Assembly (NCBI GenBank): GCA_963665275.2
Contig: CAXXIN010000007.1
Coordinates: 384,001 to 448,000, forward strand
DNA: 64,000 nt
Reading direction: 5' to 3'
DNA from: Negativicutes bacterium
GTDB taxonomy: Bacteria; Bacillota; Negativicutes; UBA1444
In this document: positions 20,252 through 31,813 of the stretch, one piece after another
Position numbering within the stretch: the stretch's first letter is position 1
How the letters are laid out: each line of letters starts with the position of its first letter
The notes under the pieces: generated by a model
The model's input: the letters and a program-made list of their open reading frames with translations, nothing else
The model's database searches: none
What the model was told of the DNA's origin: nothing
Made by a program: the position numbers and the translations under genes

Positions 20252-21236
20252 TTAGCGATAGTTAACCTCCTGATTCACGCATGTCTTCAAGGGCTTTTTT
20301 TCCAAACCCAAAACCAGATTCTCCGCAGCCAACATGGCCATCCGGTTGCGGGTTTCGATCGTGCCGCTGCCGATATGTGGTGTAATCAGCACATTAGGCA
20401 GTTTCAGCAGTGGGTGATCGGACGGAATAGGCTCCGGATCAGTGACATCCAGTGCGCAGCCTGCAATCACTCCATCCCTAACAGCCTCGTAGAGAGCTGC
20501 AGTCTCCACAATTCCCCCTCGGGCCGCGTTAATGAAATACGCGGTCTTTTTCATGTGCGCAAAACTGTTCTCGCCTGAACATCAACTGGGATTCACTGCT
20601 GAGTGGAATCAGAACCACAATGAAATCAGAGCGATGCAGCAATTCTTCAAAAGAAACATATTCCGCTCCGCCTTCTTCCTCCGGACTGCGGCCGTCGGCG
20701 ATTATGATAAATGATTTTCAGCCCGCAAGCCATCCCCCGCCGGGCTACTGCCGATCTCGATCTGCCCCATTCCGACAATCCCCAAAGTTTTGCCATATAA
20801 ATCCACTCCCAGAGGGATATCAGCCGCCGGGGTCCACGCCCCCGAATCAACGATCGCAACGCTTTCCTTGATGCGCCGCGCTGCACACATTAGCAGCAGA
20901 AAAGCTAAATCCGCAGTTGCCTCCGTCAGCACGCCCGGTGTATTGCCAAAGGGAATTCCGTGCCGGGTGCAGGCTGCAACGTCAATATTATCATAGCCCA
21001 CAGAGCTTTGCGCGATCACTCGCAGGCTTGGGTGCATGCGCAAGCAATTCTTCATCAACTTTGGCAGCTTTTGCCCCAACTGACATCAGCCCTTCGGCAT
21101 CCGCCAGCCATTCAAAAAGCACTTCCCGCGGTATATTCCCCGGTTGGTCCCAAGACCTGACTTCGCAACGTTCCCGAATCCATTGATCAGCCTCAGGCAT
21201 CGGCTGGCCGGTCATCACTATTTTCCCCAGTTTCAT
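20252..21236 (-). CDS. D-glycerate dehydrogenase/glyoxylate reductase (2-hydroxyacid DH), split by frameshifts
   Basis: Fragments in successive frames: VGYDNID, NTPGVL, GIVGMGQI, INAARG, LDVTDPEP, PHIGS; at least 3 indels. Confidence 0.85.
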
Positions 21237-21289
21237 CAAGACCCTCCCCATAATTTGCTGTCACTAGTCCGTTAGCGAATATTAAATTA

Positions 21290-23558
21290 TCATATTCGCG
21301 ACCGTCGATCCACTTCCTCCATGCCCAACAACTTTTTTATCAGCCCGATTACTTCTCGTTGCTCACTCACCAGATACTGCGCGACCGTCGAGCGGACCCC
21401 CTATCTTGATCGTCACCGTTTCTTCCGGCAAAGCCTGAAACATATCTTCATCGGTCCAGTCATCCCCGCAGGCAAGAATGAAGTCATAAGGAGTTTCACT
21501 CAGTGCCGCCAGCGCCGCGACTCCTTTATTGGCGGCTTTGGCACGGACTTCCACAACCTTGTTGCCATCCAGGACTTCCATATTGGGTCCGGGAAAGCAA
21601 TTTGTTCAATTCAAATTTAAGTTCCTGCGCCATAAAATCGGCGGATTCCGCATCAGACAGACGATAATGCCAGGCAATCGAGCACTCTTTCTCTTCCAGA
21701 AAGGAAGCGGGCAAACGCTCGACAAAAAGTTCAAGCAGGGGAAGGATTCGCTGTTTCCAGCGGTTGTCAGGGAAAACCCGCTTGCGCCATATTCCGCCGT
21801 ACCGCTTCATCCAGGCGCCATGTTCAGCAACCAGACTCATACGCAAATTGCCAAACTGCGATTGGAGAAACTCCCGCGGCCTTCCGCTAACGATAGTGAT
21901 ATCATTGCGCGCATCAGCCGCCAACTCTAGCAACACATCCAAGATCCCAGCATCAGGAAGAGCCTGATCGGGCGTTCGCGCGATCGGCACCAGAGTCCCA
22001 TCATAGTCAAAGAACAAAGCCCGACGATTCGCCTGGGCATATTTTCGGCCGATCAGATCCGTCTTGGCGGCAGTCAGCATTTTGTCAGCGGTTTCTTGAT
22101 TCGCAGCAGACGTATCCATCAATTCATGCAAAAAAAATCCGTCCCCAACGGTGGACATCATGCCTTTTTACACTATCCTTCATTGCAGACATTCGGGATG
22201 CCTGCTCTTCGATTGGCATGATCAGCGCTTGTTGGATCGCGTCGGACATTTTCTTCACGACTGTTTAGGATTTATGACCAGTGCTTCCGGCAATTCACGC
22301 GCCGCTCCTGCCATTTTCGCTGAGAATCAGAACTCCAGTATCGTCGATCCGTGACGCAACGAACTCTTTGGCAACCAGATTCATCCCGTCACGCAGCGGT
22401 GTGACCAAGGCGACGTCCGCCGCCGCATAAAGAGAGCTCAACGCCTGCAAGCCAAGATTTTTGTACAGATAGGCGATAGGCGCCCAACCAATATCGCCAA
22501 AGCGCCCATTGATATGTCCGACCAACTCATCAATTTCCCGGCGCATATCCTGATAACGGTCCACGCCAATCCGCGACGGAACTACCAACAAGAGCATGAC
22601 GACCTTGTTATGCCACTCCGGGTGACGTTCAAGAAACAGTTCATAGGCCAAAAGACGTTTTGCGATCCCCTTGGTATAGTCTAAACGGTCAACGGACAGG
22701 ATCGCCATCTGCCTGACTAGTTTACGGCGAATTACGTCTGCTTCTCGACGAACTTTGAGCGATCGGGCCGTATCATGATAGCGGTCAAAATCTATCCCTA
22801 TGGGAAATGCGTCCACCCGAATCTCCCGGTTTTGATGCATTATGCGGCCGATGTGGTTCTGATAACCAGCCAGACGCAACGAAGACGTCAAAAAATGCCG
22901 CACATAATCGATGGTATGAAAGCCTATTACATCAGCGCCCAGAAGCCCGTCCACCAACGCCGTCGCCCATTTTCGCGGCAACATCCGAAAAACTTCATAG
23001 GCCGGAAACGGGATGTGCAGAAAAAACCCTATTGAATTGCCGGGGCAGCGTTCCCGTAGCATGGCGGGCAACAACATAAAGTGATAATCGTGAATCCATA
23101 CCACATCACCAGGTCGTAACAGGTTCGCGACGACATCGCAGAAACGCCGGTTCACTTCTTCATATATTTGCCACATCGGCTCTTCATAAACGGTAAGCGT
23201 GGGAAAATAGTGAAACAATGGCCAAATTGTCTTATTGCAAAAACCCAGATAAAACTGATCCATCACGTCCTGTTCCAAAAATACCGGATCGCAACCATGC
23301 TGTTCTATCAACTGTTGGCGAACCATCGGCTGATATTCGTTCGCAATTGTATTTCCGGGCCAGCCCACCCATAAGAACTCTGACAGTTCAACAGGATTTT
23401 CCATTTTTCGCCGATCCAGGAACGCACCGAGCGCGCTAACCAATCCGCCCGCACTTGGCCCCCATCGTCATTTCTCCATTTTCGATGCCGACGGTCATCG
23501 GCAACCGATTGGAAACAATAATCAGACGGCCTTCATGTGCACCTGCTGATTCAGTCAT
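21290..23558 (-). CDS. Bifunctional trehalose-6-phosphate synthase/phosphatase (OtsA-OtsB fusion), split by frameshifts
   Basis: N-terminal [40 protein letters not shown]; the linker reads across indels into a HAD domain ([18 protein letters not shown]). Confidence 0.88.
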
Positions 23559-23710
23559 GATAGCCACCTCCAGTCAATGAACTGTTCGCCCCATAAAGCT
23601 GCGTGCAGGAAACAGTGAAACAATGAAGAATTCTAACCCACATGTGAATATAGCGATTTTGCAGAATTGTTATTTTATTATACCATAAACACCCATAAGG
23701 GAGGTTCGAC

Positions 23711-26700
23711 ATGAACGCATCGACATGGTACAAAGACGCAGTGATCTATCAGGTACATGTCCGATCCTTTGCCGATTCCAACCTCGACGGCATCGGTGAC
23801 TTTCCCGGATTGACGGAGAAACTCGACTATATCGTCAATCTGGGAGTCACGGCACTTTGGTTGTTGCCCTTCTACCCATCGCCGCTGAAAGATGACGGGT
23901 ATGATATTGCCGATTACCGCGCCATCCATCCTGACTATGGGACAATCAGCGACTTCAAACGTTTTTTGAAAGCGGCCCACTCAAAAGGATTGAAAGTCAT
24001 CACCGAATTAGTCCTCAATCACACTTCAGACCAACACAGTTGGTTTCCAGCGTTCCAGGAAGGCAAAACCAGGCTCCCGATACCACAACTACTACGTATG
24101 GAATGATAGCGACAAAAAATATGCCGAAGCCCGGATTATTTTCAAAGATTTTGAAGAATCCAACTGGAATTGGGATTCTACAGCGCAAGCGTACTATTGG
24201 CATAGATTTTATCGGCACCAGCCGGACCTGAACTTCGAAGAACCTGCCGTAAAAAAAGAAATGCTAAGAATCGTAGACTACTGGCTTTCCATGGGAGTTG
24301 ATGGGTTGCGGCTGGACGCTGTACCATATCTCTATGAAAGGGAAGGGACTGACTGCGAAAATCTTCCTGCAACACACGCTTTTCTTAAAGAGTTACGCCA
24401 CCATGTCGATAGCCGCTATCCCAATCGGATGCTCCTGGCCGAAGCCAATGGCTGGCCCGAAGATGTCGTGCAGTATTTCGGCGATGATGACGAATGTCAC
24501 ATGGCCTTTAATTTTCCATTAATGCCGCGTATTTATCTTTCTGTAGGAATGGAAACCGCCTGGCCGGTTATCGATGCGATTTCAAAAACGCCGGCAACCT
24601 CAGAAAAAAGCCAATGGGCACTCTTTCTTCGCAATCATGATGAACTGACCATGGAAATGCTGACCGAAGAAGAACGCGATTTTTTCGTGAAACTTTATGC
24701 ACCTGATCCCCGTTCGCGCATCAATCTCGGCATTCGTCGCCGCCTCGCGCCTTTATTGAACGGCAACCGACGCAAGCTCGAACTGCTGAATGCACTGTTG
24801 TTGAGTCTTCCGGTTCGCCTGTCATTTACTACGGCGACGAAATAGGCATGGGCGACAACATTTATCTCGGCGACCGAAATGGAGTCCGCACCCCGATGCA
24901 ATGGTCCGCCGATCGAAATGCCGGATTTTCCCAGGCCAATCCGCAAAAACTGACTCTTCCTGTCATTACGAGCCCCAATATCATTATGAAAGCGTTAATG
25001 TCGAAGCCCAGGAACAGAATCCATCCTCTTTTCTCTGGTGGCTGCGTCGTCTGATATCGCTGCGAAACCGTTACCCGGCTTTCGGGCGGGGCTCAACCAT
25101 TTTTCCGGCATCCGACAATGACAAGGTATTGGCTTTCATACGTATCTCCAGCGATGAAATCATTCTGATTGCCGCCAACATGTCCCGGTTCGTCCAGCAT
25201 GTCAACCTCGACCTTTCAACCTGGACCGGCATGGTTCTCCGGGAAATCATGGGGGGCATGATTTTTCCGCCCATTGTTCCCGGTCGTTACGGGCTAAGCC
25301 TTGGACCTCATACTTTCTACTGGTTCCGGCTTGAAAAGAAACAGCTGCGCGGACGCCCGCTGTGCGACACGCTGGAAATGACAGCTGGAGAGCTCGCAAC
25401 GCAGGAATTATCCGCAATGGAAGATCTGTTATCACCAGCGCTCTGGCAAAAAATCAATTTGAGACTGCCGGCGTTCCTTGAAGCGTTGCCATTGCAACCG
25501 GTGGGTTGCAGCGTCCGCGCGGCCACCATCATCGACGGCTTCATTCTCCCCCAGCGGTCGCCACGTGTTGTATATCGTCCGGGCCGAAACGCCGGCGATT
25601 TCATCCATTCGGGTCGCAGTGGCTCTTGCTTTATATCATCGCGCCTCGGACAAACCGGATCGACTGCTGGCCAGGCTCCGTATTGCTGACATCGTTTACG
25701 AATTGGCTGACGCGACTTTGGACAGCGCATGGCAAGCCTGGCTTTATGATTTTTCCAACACGCAGCGCCGCCTTCATGGAAGCTTTGGAACTTTGGCCAC
25801 CTCCCGTTTTTTCAGCCTATACCAAGCCACCGGAAGTGTGTCGGCCGGAAAATGGTGAATGCAGATCACAATCACCTTTCGCTATTCTTCCGCCCCCTAT
25901 CATGTGTTGAAAATTTTTCGTCAACTGGACGAAGGCGCCCATCCAGAAAAAGAATTGGCCCGCTTCTTGCAAGAACAAACTGAGTTCAAAAAAGCACCGG
26001 CCATACAGACTTCCATTGAGTATGTCGGCAACAATGGCCTCCCCAGTACTTTTGCTGTCCTGCATGCTTATATTCCTCATCGCAGCGACGGTCTACAGTA
26101 CACGCGCGACAGCCTCATGCCTTTCTTTGAAAGCGCGCTGACGTCTGCCTCCGAACTGGAAAAACTGCTGCCGCCCAGCCTCTCTCCCCTTCGGCTTGCT
26201 TTGAATCCTCCCAATGATGCGGTTCGATTATCCATTGGGCCCATGATTGAGACAGCCGGCCGTATCGGCGCCCTAACCCATGAATTGCATGTCGCACTAT
26301 CATCAGCTCCTGCCGATATTGTCTTTGCTCCAGAACGTTACACAATTCACTACCAAAAGCAGCTTTCACACGCCATGGCGCGACTGCTGGACTTTTCGCT
26401 GTTGCAACTCATGGAGCTTCAACCCTTGTTAGAACCCTCGCTTCAGCGGAGCTTTGAATCCATCCAGCGCCGCAGGCCTCAAATGGAATCGCTGTTCAAG
26501 CAAGTGGCTATTAAACCGATCTCAACCTATCGAATTCGCGAGCATGGCGACTATCATTTGGGCCAGTTGCTGGTCGGAGAACACGGCGAACTTTGGATAA
26601 TCGACTTTGAAGGCCAACCGGCTCGTCCCCTGACGGAACGTCGCATCAAACGTTCTCCGCTGCGAGATGTCGCCAGTATGTTATGGTCTTTTTACACCTG

Positions 26701-27037
26701 TGTTCACAAGATGGCACGTAGCCATGCCGCCAGCAGTTTTCCCGGATCCGACCCTTTACAGATCACCAAGGTGGCTGATAGCTGGTGCCGTTGGGTTTCG
26801 TCCGCCTTTCTCAGAGCTTATTTTGACGCTGCCCGCGCATTACCTTCGGACCATCCCGCAGGCATTCATCGAATCCATGACGCGGCGCTGCTGTTGGATA
26901 GTTTCTGCCTGGAACACGGCCTGGAACAGCTAGGCCGGGACGTTATCCGTACCGGACGTCCGGATGAGCTCAACCTCTCAGGATTGCTATTCTGGTTGGA
27001 AAGCCTATCCGCCGGCGCATCGCACGCTAAGCACTGA
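23711..27037 (+). CDS. treS: Trehalose synthase TreS fused to maltokinase (Pep2/Mak), split by frameshifts
   Basis: [49 protein letters not shown]; C-terminal [21 protein letters not shown]; at least 5 indels. Confidence 0.9.
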
Positions 27038-27061
27038 ACCGGCAATCCTCTGCATCCATCC

Positions 27062-27091
27062 GAAACGAGCATTCATGCTCGTTTCTTTTTT
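27062..27091 (+). terminator. Intrinsic terminator
   Basis: GAAACGAGCA-TTCA-TGCTCGTTTC followed by TTTTTT. Confidence 0.85.
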
Positions 27092-27186
27092 CACCCTATC
27101 CTTCAGGGATAGGACCCAATGAAAAATCCATCCCTGCACGCTACATTAAATTGTCAGAAAATGAATTATAATTTAATTATCAGACA

Positions 27187-27204
27187 ATGTGCATATTTTC
27201 ACAT
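27187..27204. promoter_or_regulatory. Possible Rex-type operator
   Basis: ATGTGCA-TATT-TTCACAT resembles TTGTGAA-N4-TTCACAA; lies just before the RBS of the reductase operon. Confidence 0.45.
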
Positions 27205-27224
27205 GCACCCAAGGAGGAATACAA

Positions 27225-28271
27225 GTGCGGCTACTCAGAAATTTGCTTCTCCTCGCCGTCCCGTTACTGTTATTGGCAGGCTGCGGAGCGCAACCGGCGG
27301 CCCAGGCGCCGGGTCTGCAGAAGACGTCAGCGACTGCGGCGGCTCTTTCCGCCTCCCCTTTTTCCCTGCTTCGACAAAACAGCGACAGCTATCTGAAAGC
27401 CAATCATCCGCTGTATATCGAGGCTGGTGAAATCTATGAAAAAGTGGTGGTCAAGGCCGATCCATCGTATTATCTTGTAGATGTCCGCTCGGATGAACAT
27501 TTCGCCAAACACCATATCCCCGGCTCAATTCATATTGCTTACGCCGATACTTGGCGTTCCAGTAAAACGGAGTTCCTGCCCCGTGATAAAAAAATCATCG
27601 TCATCGATTATTCGGGCCACACTTCCAGTCAGGTTGCCGCACTTTGGTCCATGATGGGTTTTGATGCGGTCGCCATGAAACATGGCATGGCAGGCTGGTC
27701 CAAAGATAAAGAGGTCATCGGCGGTTCTCCCATTCCCTGCGAACCCAAAAACTTCGCTGTAGTAAAAGATTCCACTCCCAACCAAACGTACGACTTTCCA
27801 TCCGTGGAAACGAAAGCTTCCAGCTTCCCGGAACTACTGCAACAAAGAGCGGAGGCCGCCACCGGCAAACCCGTCGTAATGCAGGCGGATGAGGTGCTTG
27901 CCAAAGTCTCTGCCAAAACAATTTTTGTACTTGATGTACGAGCACCGGAACATTTTGCCGCCGGTCATATCGCCGGCGCCGTCAATATCCCTTTTCGCAG
28001 CTTGATGGACGAGGCTAACCTGAAAAAGCTGCCGCCCAATCAGCAGGTCGTGGTTGTATGTTATGACGGGCATGCCGCGAGTCAGGCAGTCCGGGTCCTC
28101 AACCAGTTGGGCTACGATTCCGTCTCGATGCGCGATGGAATGAGCCTCTGGACCGGAGACGTCAATGTCATCGGCGCCCCATCGATAGCCTGCACTATTC
28201 CTGAACGCATCACAGCCGCTCTGAATGCCCCGCTCAATCCGGGCCCCAGCACGGCCGCCACCTGAGGGTAA
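27225..28271 (+). CDS. Double-rhodanese lipoprotein, probable selenoprotein with C-terminal Sec-Gly (SrrE-like)
   Basis: GTG start after AAGGAGG; lipobox LLLAGC; two rhodanese domains (DVR..HIPG, DVR..GHIAG); in-frame TGA 28263-28265 then GGG TAA and a SECIS-like hairpin. Confidence 0.85.
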
Positions 28272-28300
28272 CCATATTGGCAGCCGGTCGGCTGCTGTAA
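28263..28300 (+). promoter_or_regulatory. Bacterial SECIS-like element
   Basis: UGA followed by hairpin UGGCAGCC-GGUC-GGCUGCUG; apical loop ~20 nt after UGA and begins with G. Confidence 0.7.
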
Positions 28301-28357
28301 CGGGTATCGCGGGTAAGAGATAAACTGAAATATTCTTGACCGAAAAGAGGATTTTGG

Positions 28358-30603
28358 ATGCGAAACATTAGCAGGAGAGCCTTTCTGCAAGTAGCGGCCG
28401 GCGCCGCCACAGTAGGTGTTGCCGTCCCCCAACTCATGGATATGAAGGCCTTCGGCGCTTCTGTCGCCGATGCGCCTGTGACCAAGGTTCCCACCTATTG
28501 CAATGGCTGCTCTACTGGTTGCCCGATGTTCGCGTATGTCAAGAATGGGCGACTGTGGAAACTCGAGGGCCATCCGGTAGCGATGAAGAATTACGGGACC
28601 CTCTGCGCCAGGGCCTATGGCGTAGCTTCCGACCTATACAATAAGGACCGGGTTCGCCAGCCGATGAAACGCGGCGCCGACGGGAAGTTCCAGCCGATCT
28701 CTTGGGATCAGGCATTCAAGGAAATTGCCGAAAAGCTGACCGGCATCATCGATAAGAATACCGGCAACTCAGTCGTGTGGATGGCCCACGGCGGCAAAGA
28801 TACCTATGGAAGCATGTTTCTGGATGAAATCGGTTCTCCGAATTTCATTACCCACTATTCAACCTGCTTCACCTCCAAAACCAACGCTTGGGACAAAATG
28901 GTGTCCAACCAGCTGACTGTTGATATCCGCCGGTCCAAGTATATGCTGTTCGCCGGCAGGAACTACGGCGGCGCCATTATTCCTGCGGCCATGAAACAAT
29001 TGACAGCGGCCAAAGGCCAGGGACGCAAAATTGTCGTAGTAGACCCGCGTCTTTGTGAACTTGCCAAAATAGCGGATGAGTGGATTCCCATTCGTCCGGG
29101 AACAGACTTGGCATTTTTTCTCGGAATTGCCCATACGCTCATCAGTGAGAATCTCTACAATAAAACTTTTGTACAAAAATATGTTTTCGGGTTTGAAGAA
29201 TTTTGGGCTGCCAACCGTGATTTCTCTGCGGAAAAAGCTGCTACCATCTGCGATATCCCGGCAGAGAAGATTCGGGATATTGCCCGCGATATGGCCAAAA
29301 ACGCGCCGGCGGCTTTCCTCGATCCCGGTTATCACGGTCTGCACAATCACTATGTGAACAGCACCCAGATCGCTCAGGCCAATGTCATTGTCAACGCCCT
29401 GCTCGGCAACTTCTATCAGCAGGGCGGCCTGATGCCGTCGGCCCGGCCCACGCTCGGGCAGCCTCAAATTCAGCCAAAGCGGCTACAGCCGGAAAAAGGG
29501 CCCGCGGGTCGATGGCGCCGGCGTTCCCAACGAATATCCGACAGTCGGAGCCTGGCCGGGGTATTGCCCAGCATATGCCCGACCTGATCGCCAAAGGCAA
29601 AGTCAAAGCTATTTTTATGTATCACTTCAATCCGCTGCGCACGGCTCCCGATCCGGAATACCAGAAGAATATCGCCAAGGCGGACCTGGTCGTCACCATC
29701 CCCGATCGACTGGAACGAGTCATCCTACTACGCCGCCCACTATATTTTGCCGGAGCACTATTTTCTGGAGCGGATGGAAGCGCCAAAACCGGTTTCCGGC
29801 AATATCAGCCATGACTTATCCGCAAATTGCCATGCGGATGCCGGCGGTCAAGCCATTGCATGACACCAGGCCTCTGCTGGAAATCATGCAGGGCCTCACC
29901 AAAGCGATGAAAATCGACGATCTGTATCCTTTCACGAGTGGAAGACGAGATCAACGCGGCAATCGCCCCGCTGGGAATTGACAAGGCCCGGATCTCCAGA
30001 CGGAAGGCTGCATCGAACTGCCGACTGGCGCATCAAACCGGGTTTTCCTGAAAAGGATGGCAAACCGGCCTGTGGCACTTTTACCGGTAAAATAGAGTTC
30101 AGCATCGGCGCGTTCAAACTTCACGGACGTCCTTGGCGTTCCCACCTGGATCCCGCCGCTCGTCAGCCCCAAGGGTGACGACGAGTTTCGGCTCATCCAC
30201 GGCAAGCAGCCCTGGCACTCCCACTCTCAGACCAACAACACGCCGTACCTGCTGGAAATGACTAAGAGCTACCATGGGACCTGGATGTGGATGAACCGCA
30301 AGCGGGCAGAAAAGCTTGGACATCCGGAACGGTGACAAGGCCACCGTCGAATCCCGGATCGAATATCCGGGCCAGAGCGCCCCGCATCGTCCGAAGAAAC
30401 CTATGCAGGTCAAAGTCACGGATATGCTGTATCCGGAATGTGTCTGGATCCCCTCGGCCCATGGGTGCTTCTCACCCAACATGACCTATGGCTATGGCAA
30501 AGGCGCCAACTATAACGATTTCGCGGCTTCCCGCGTTGAGCCGCTGTCCGGCGGCTGCATGGTTCAGGAAGTTATCGTCAAAGTCCGGAAGGGGGCCCTC
30601 TGA
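28358..30603 (+). CDS. Tat-exported Mo-bisPGD oxidoreductase catalytic subunit (PsrA/PhsA/SrrA clade), split by frameshifts
   Basis: SRRAFLQ Tat motif, CNGCSTGC...C Fe-S, HYSTCF putative Cys ligand, VVDPR, PIRPGTD, C-terminal HSHSQT / WMN / EPLSGG; ~6 indels after 29500. Confidence 0.88.
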
Positions 30604-31142
30604 TGCCCAGTTACGCCATGTTGATCGATGCGTCGAAATGCACCGGCTGCGGAGCCTGCCGCGTCGCCTGCCAGATGCAATGGCAGCTGCCGCCGGATCG
30701 TTTCTACAACCGCCTGGAGTTCCGCGAAAAAGGACAATATCCCAAAGTCAAACAGGAAATCTTTCCTGTCCAGTGCATGCACTGTGACAATCCCCCCTGT
30801 GCGACGGTGTGCCCCACGAAAGCAACTTACAAAACCGCCGACGGCATCGTGCACGTCGACCCCAAGAAATGTATCGGCTGCAAAATGTGCATGATGGCCT
30901 GCCCTTATGACGTGCGCCAGCCCAACGAAAAAGGGATCGTCGAAAAATGCCGTTTCTGTGATGATTATATCGCCCGAGGCGAACAGCCTCCCTGTGTCAC
31001 TACCTGCATGAATACGGTTCGCGTATTTGGCGACCTGGATGATCCCAAGAGCGAAATTCGCGCCTTACTGGAAGAAAAGCAGGTCTACACACTATTGCCG
31101 CATATGGGCACCAAGCCCCGAGTATTCTATGTCCGAAAATAA
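30603..31142 (+). CDS. 4x[4Fe-4S] electron-transfer subunit (PsrB/NrfC-like)
   Basis: CTGCGACRVAC, CMHCDNPPCATVCP, CIGCKMCMMACP, KCRFC...PPCVTTC and GTKP. Confidence 0.93.
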   Translation: MPSYAMLIDASKCTGCGACRVACQMQWQLPPDRFYNRLEFREKGQYPKVKQEIFPVQCMHCDNPPCATVCPTKATYKTADGIVHVDPKKCIGCKMCMMACPYDVRQPNEKGIVEKCRFCDDYIARGEQPPCVTTCMNTVRVFGDLDDPKSEIRALLEEKQVYTLLPHMGTKPRVFYVRK

Positions 31143-31782
31143 CATTGCCGCAGCCGATCTGTTCCTTGAATTGGCAAACTTCTGGCAGCCGCCTGATCAG
31201 GAATTTTGGCAGGAGCTGTCGGTCGGTCTGGTTGACAGGGAGATTGCCGAACTGGCAAAACACGCCGGTTATTTACCCCAGTTGCAGTTGCCTGGTCTTT
31301 TTGCCGATTGCCTGCCAACCCTTGCCTCGCTGCAGTCCTTTTTCATTCGCTGTTTTATCGGCATCGGCCAAAAGTCAGCCATTCCCGTCGAATCCATCTA
31401 CAAAAAATGGACGGAAGATCAGACAACGCGCCTGCCGATCGCTGGAAGCACTGGCTATCTGATGGGAGATCCTGCTCTCCATGCCCAATATTTACTTACC
31501 CATTACGGACTCACTATCCCACCTGATTACCGGATGATGCCGGACCACCTGTCCCTGTTGCTGGAACTTGCCGCATTTTTGCTGCGAAACCGCACAGATG
31601 AAGAAGCCCAGCTCTTTTTAGCCCAACATCTTGACTGGATCGGCAAGTTCGAAGAGGCGCTCATTGACTTGGAACCTGAAAACGCAGCAGATCATGGGGC
31701 CCAACGATTTTACCAGCTGGCACTCCAAACAATCAAACAAACTGTCGATTGCCAGCTGATGAAATATTTCCTCGTTCAGTAA
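31129..31782 (+). CDS. TorD/DmsD-family maturation chaperone
   Basis: PVESIY, PDHLSLLLE and FLAQHLDW motifs. Confidence 0.9.
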   Translation: MSENNIAAADLFLELANFWQPPDQEFWQELSVGLVDREIAELAKHAGYLPQLQLPGLFADCLPTLASLQSFFIRCFIGIGQKSAIPVESIYKKWTEDQTTRLPIAGSTGYLMGDPALHAQYLLTHYGLTIPPDYRMMPDHLSLLLELAAFLLRNRTDEEAQLFLAQHLDWIGKFEEALIDLEPENAADHGAQRFYQLALQTIKQTVDCQLMKYFLVQ

Positions 31783-31813
31783 AATAGACACAAAATAAAG
31801 GAGGATTTTTTCA

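Noticed and set aside
30595-30610. Other TGA stops as Sec codons (Mo subunit 30603, ferredoxin 42113, AOR 43921)
   Set aside because: The first two are TGATG translational couplings and the third is a normal C-terminus; none has a SECIS-like hairpin or sits at a Cys-aligned position.
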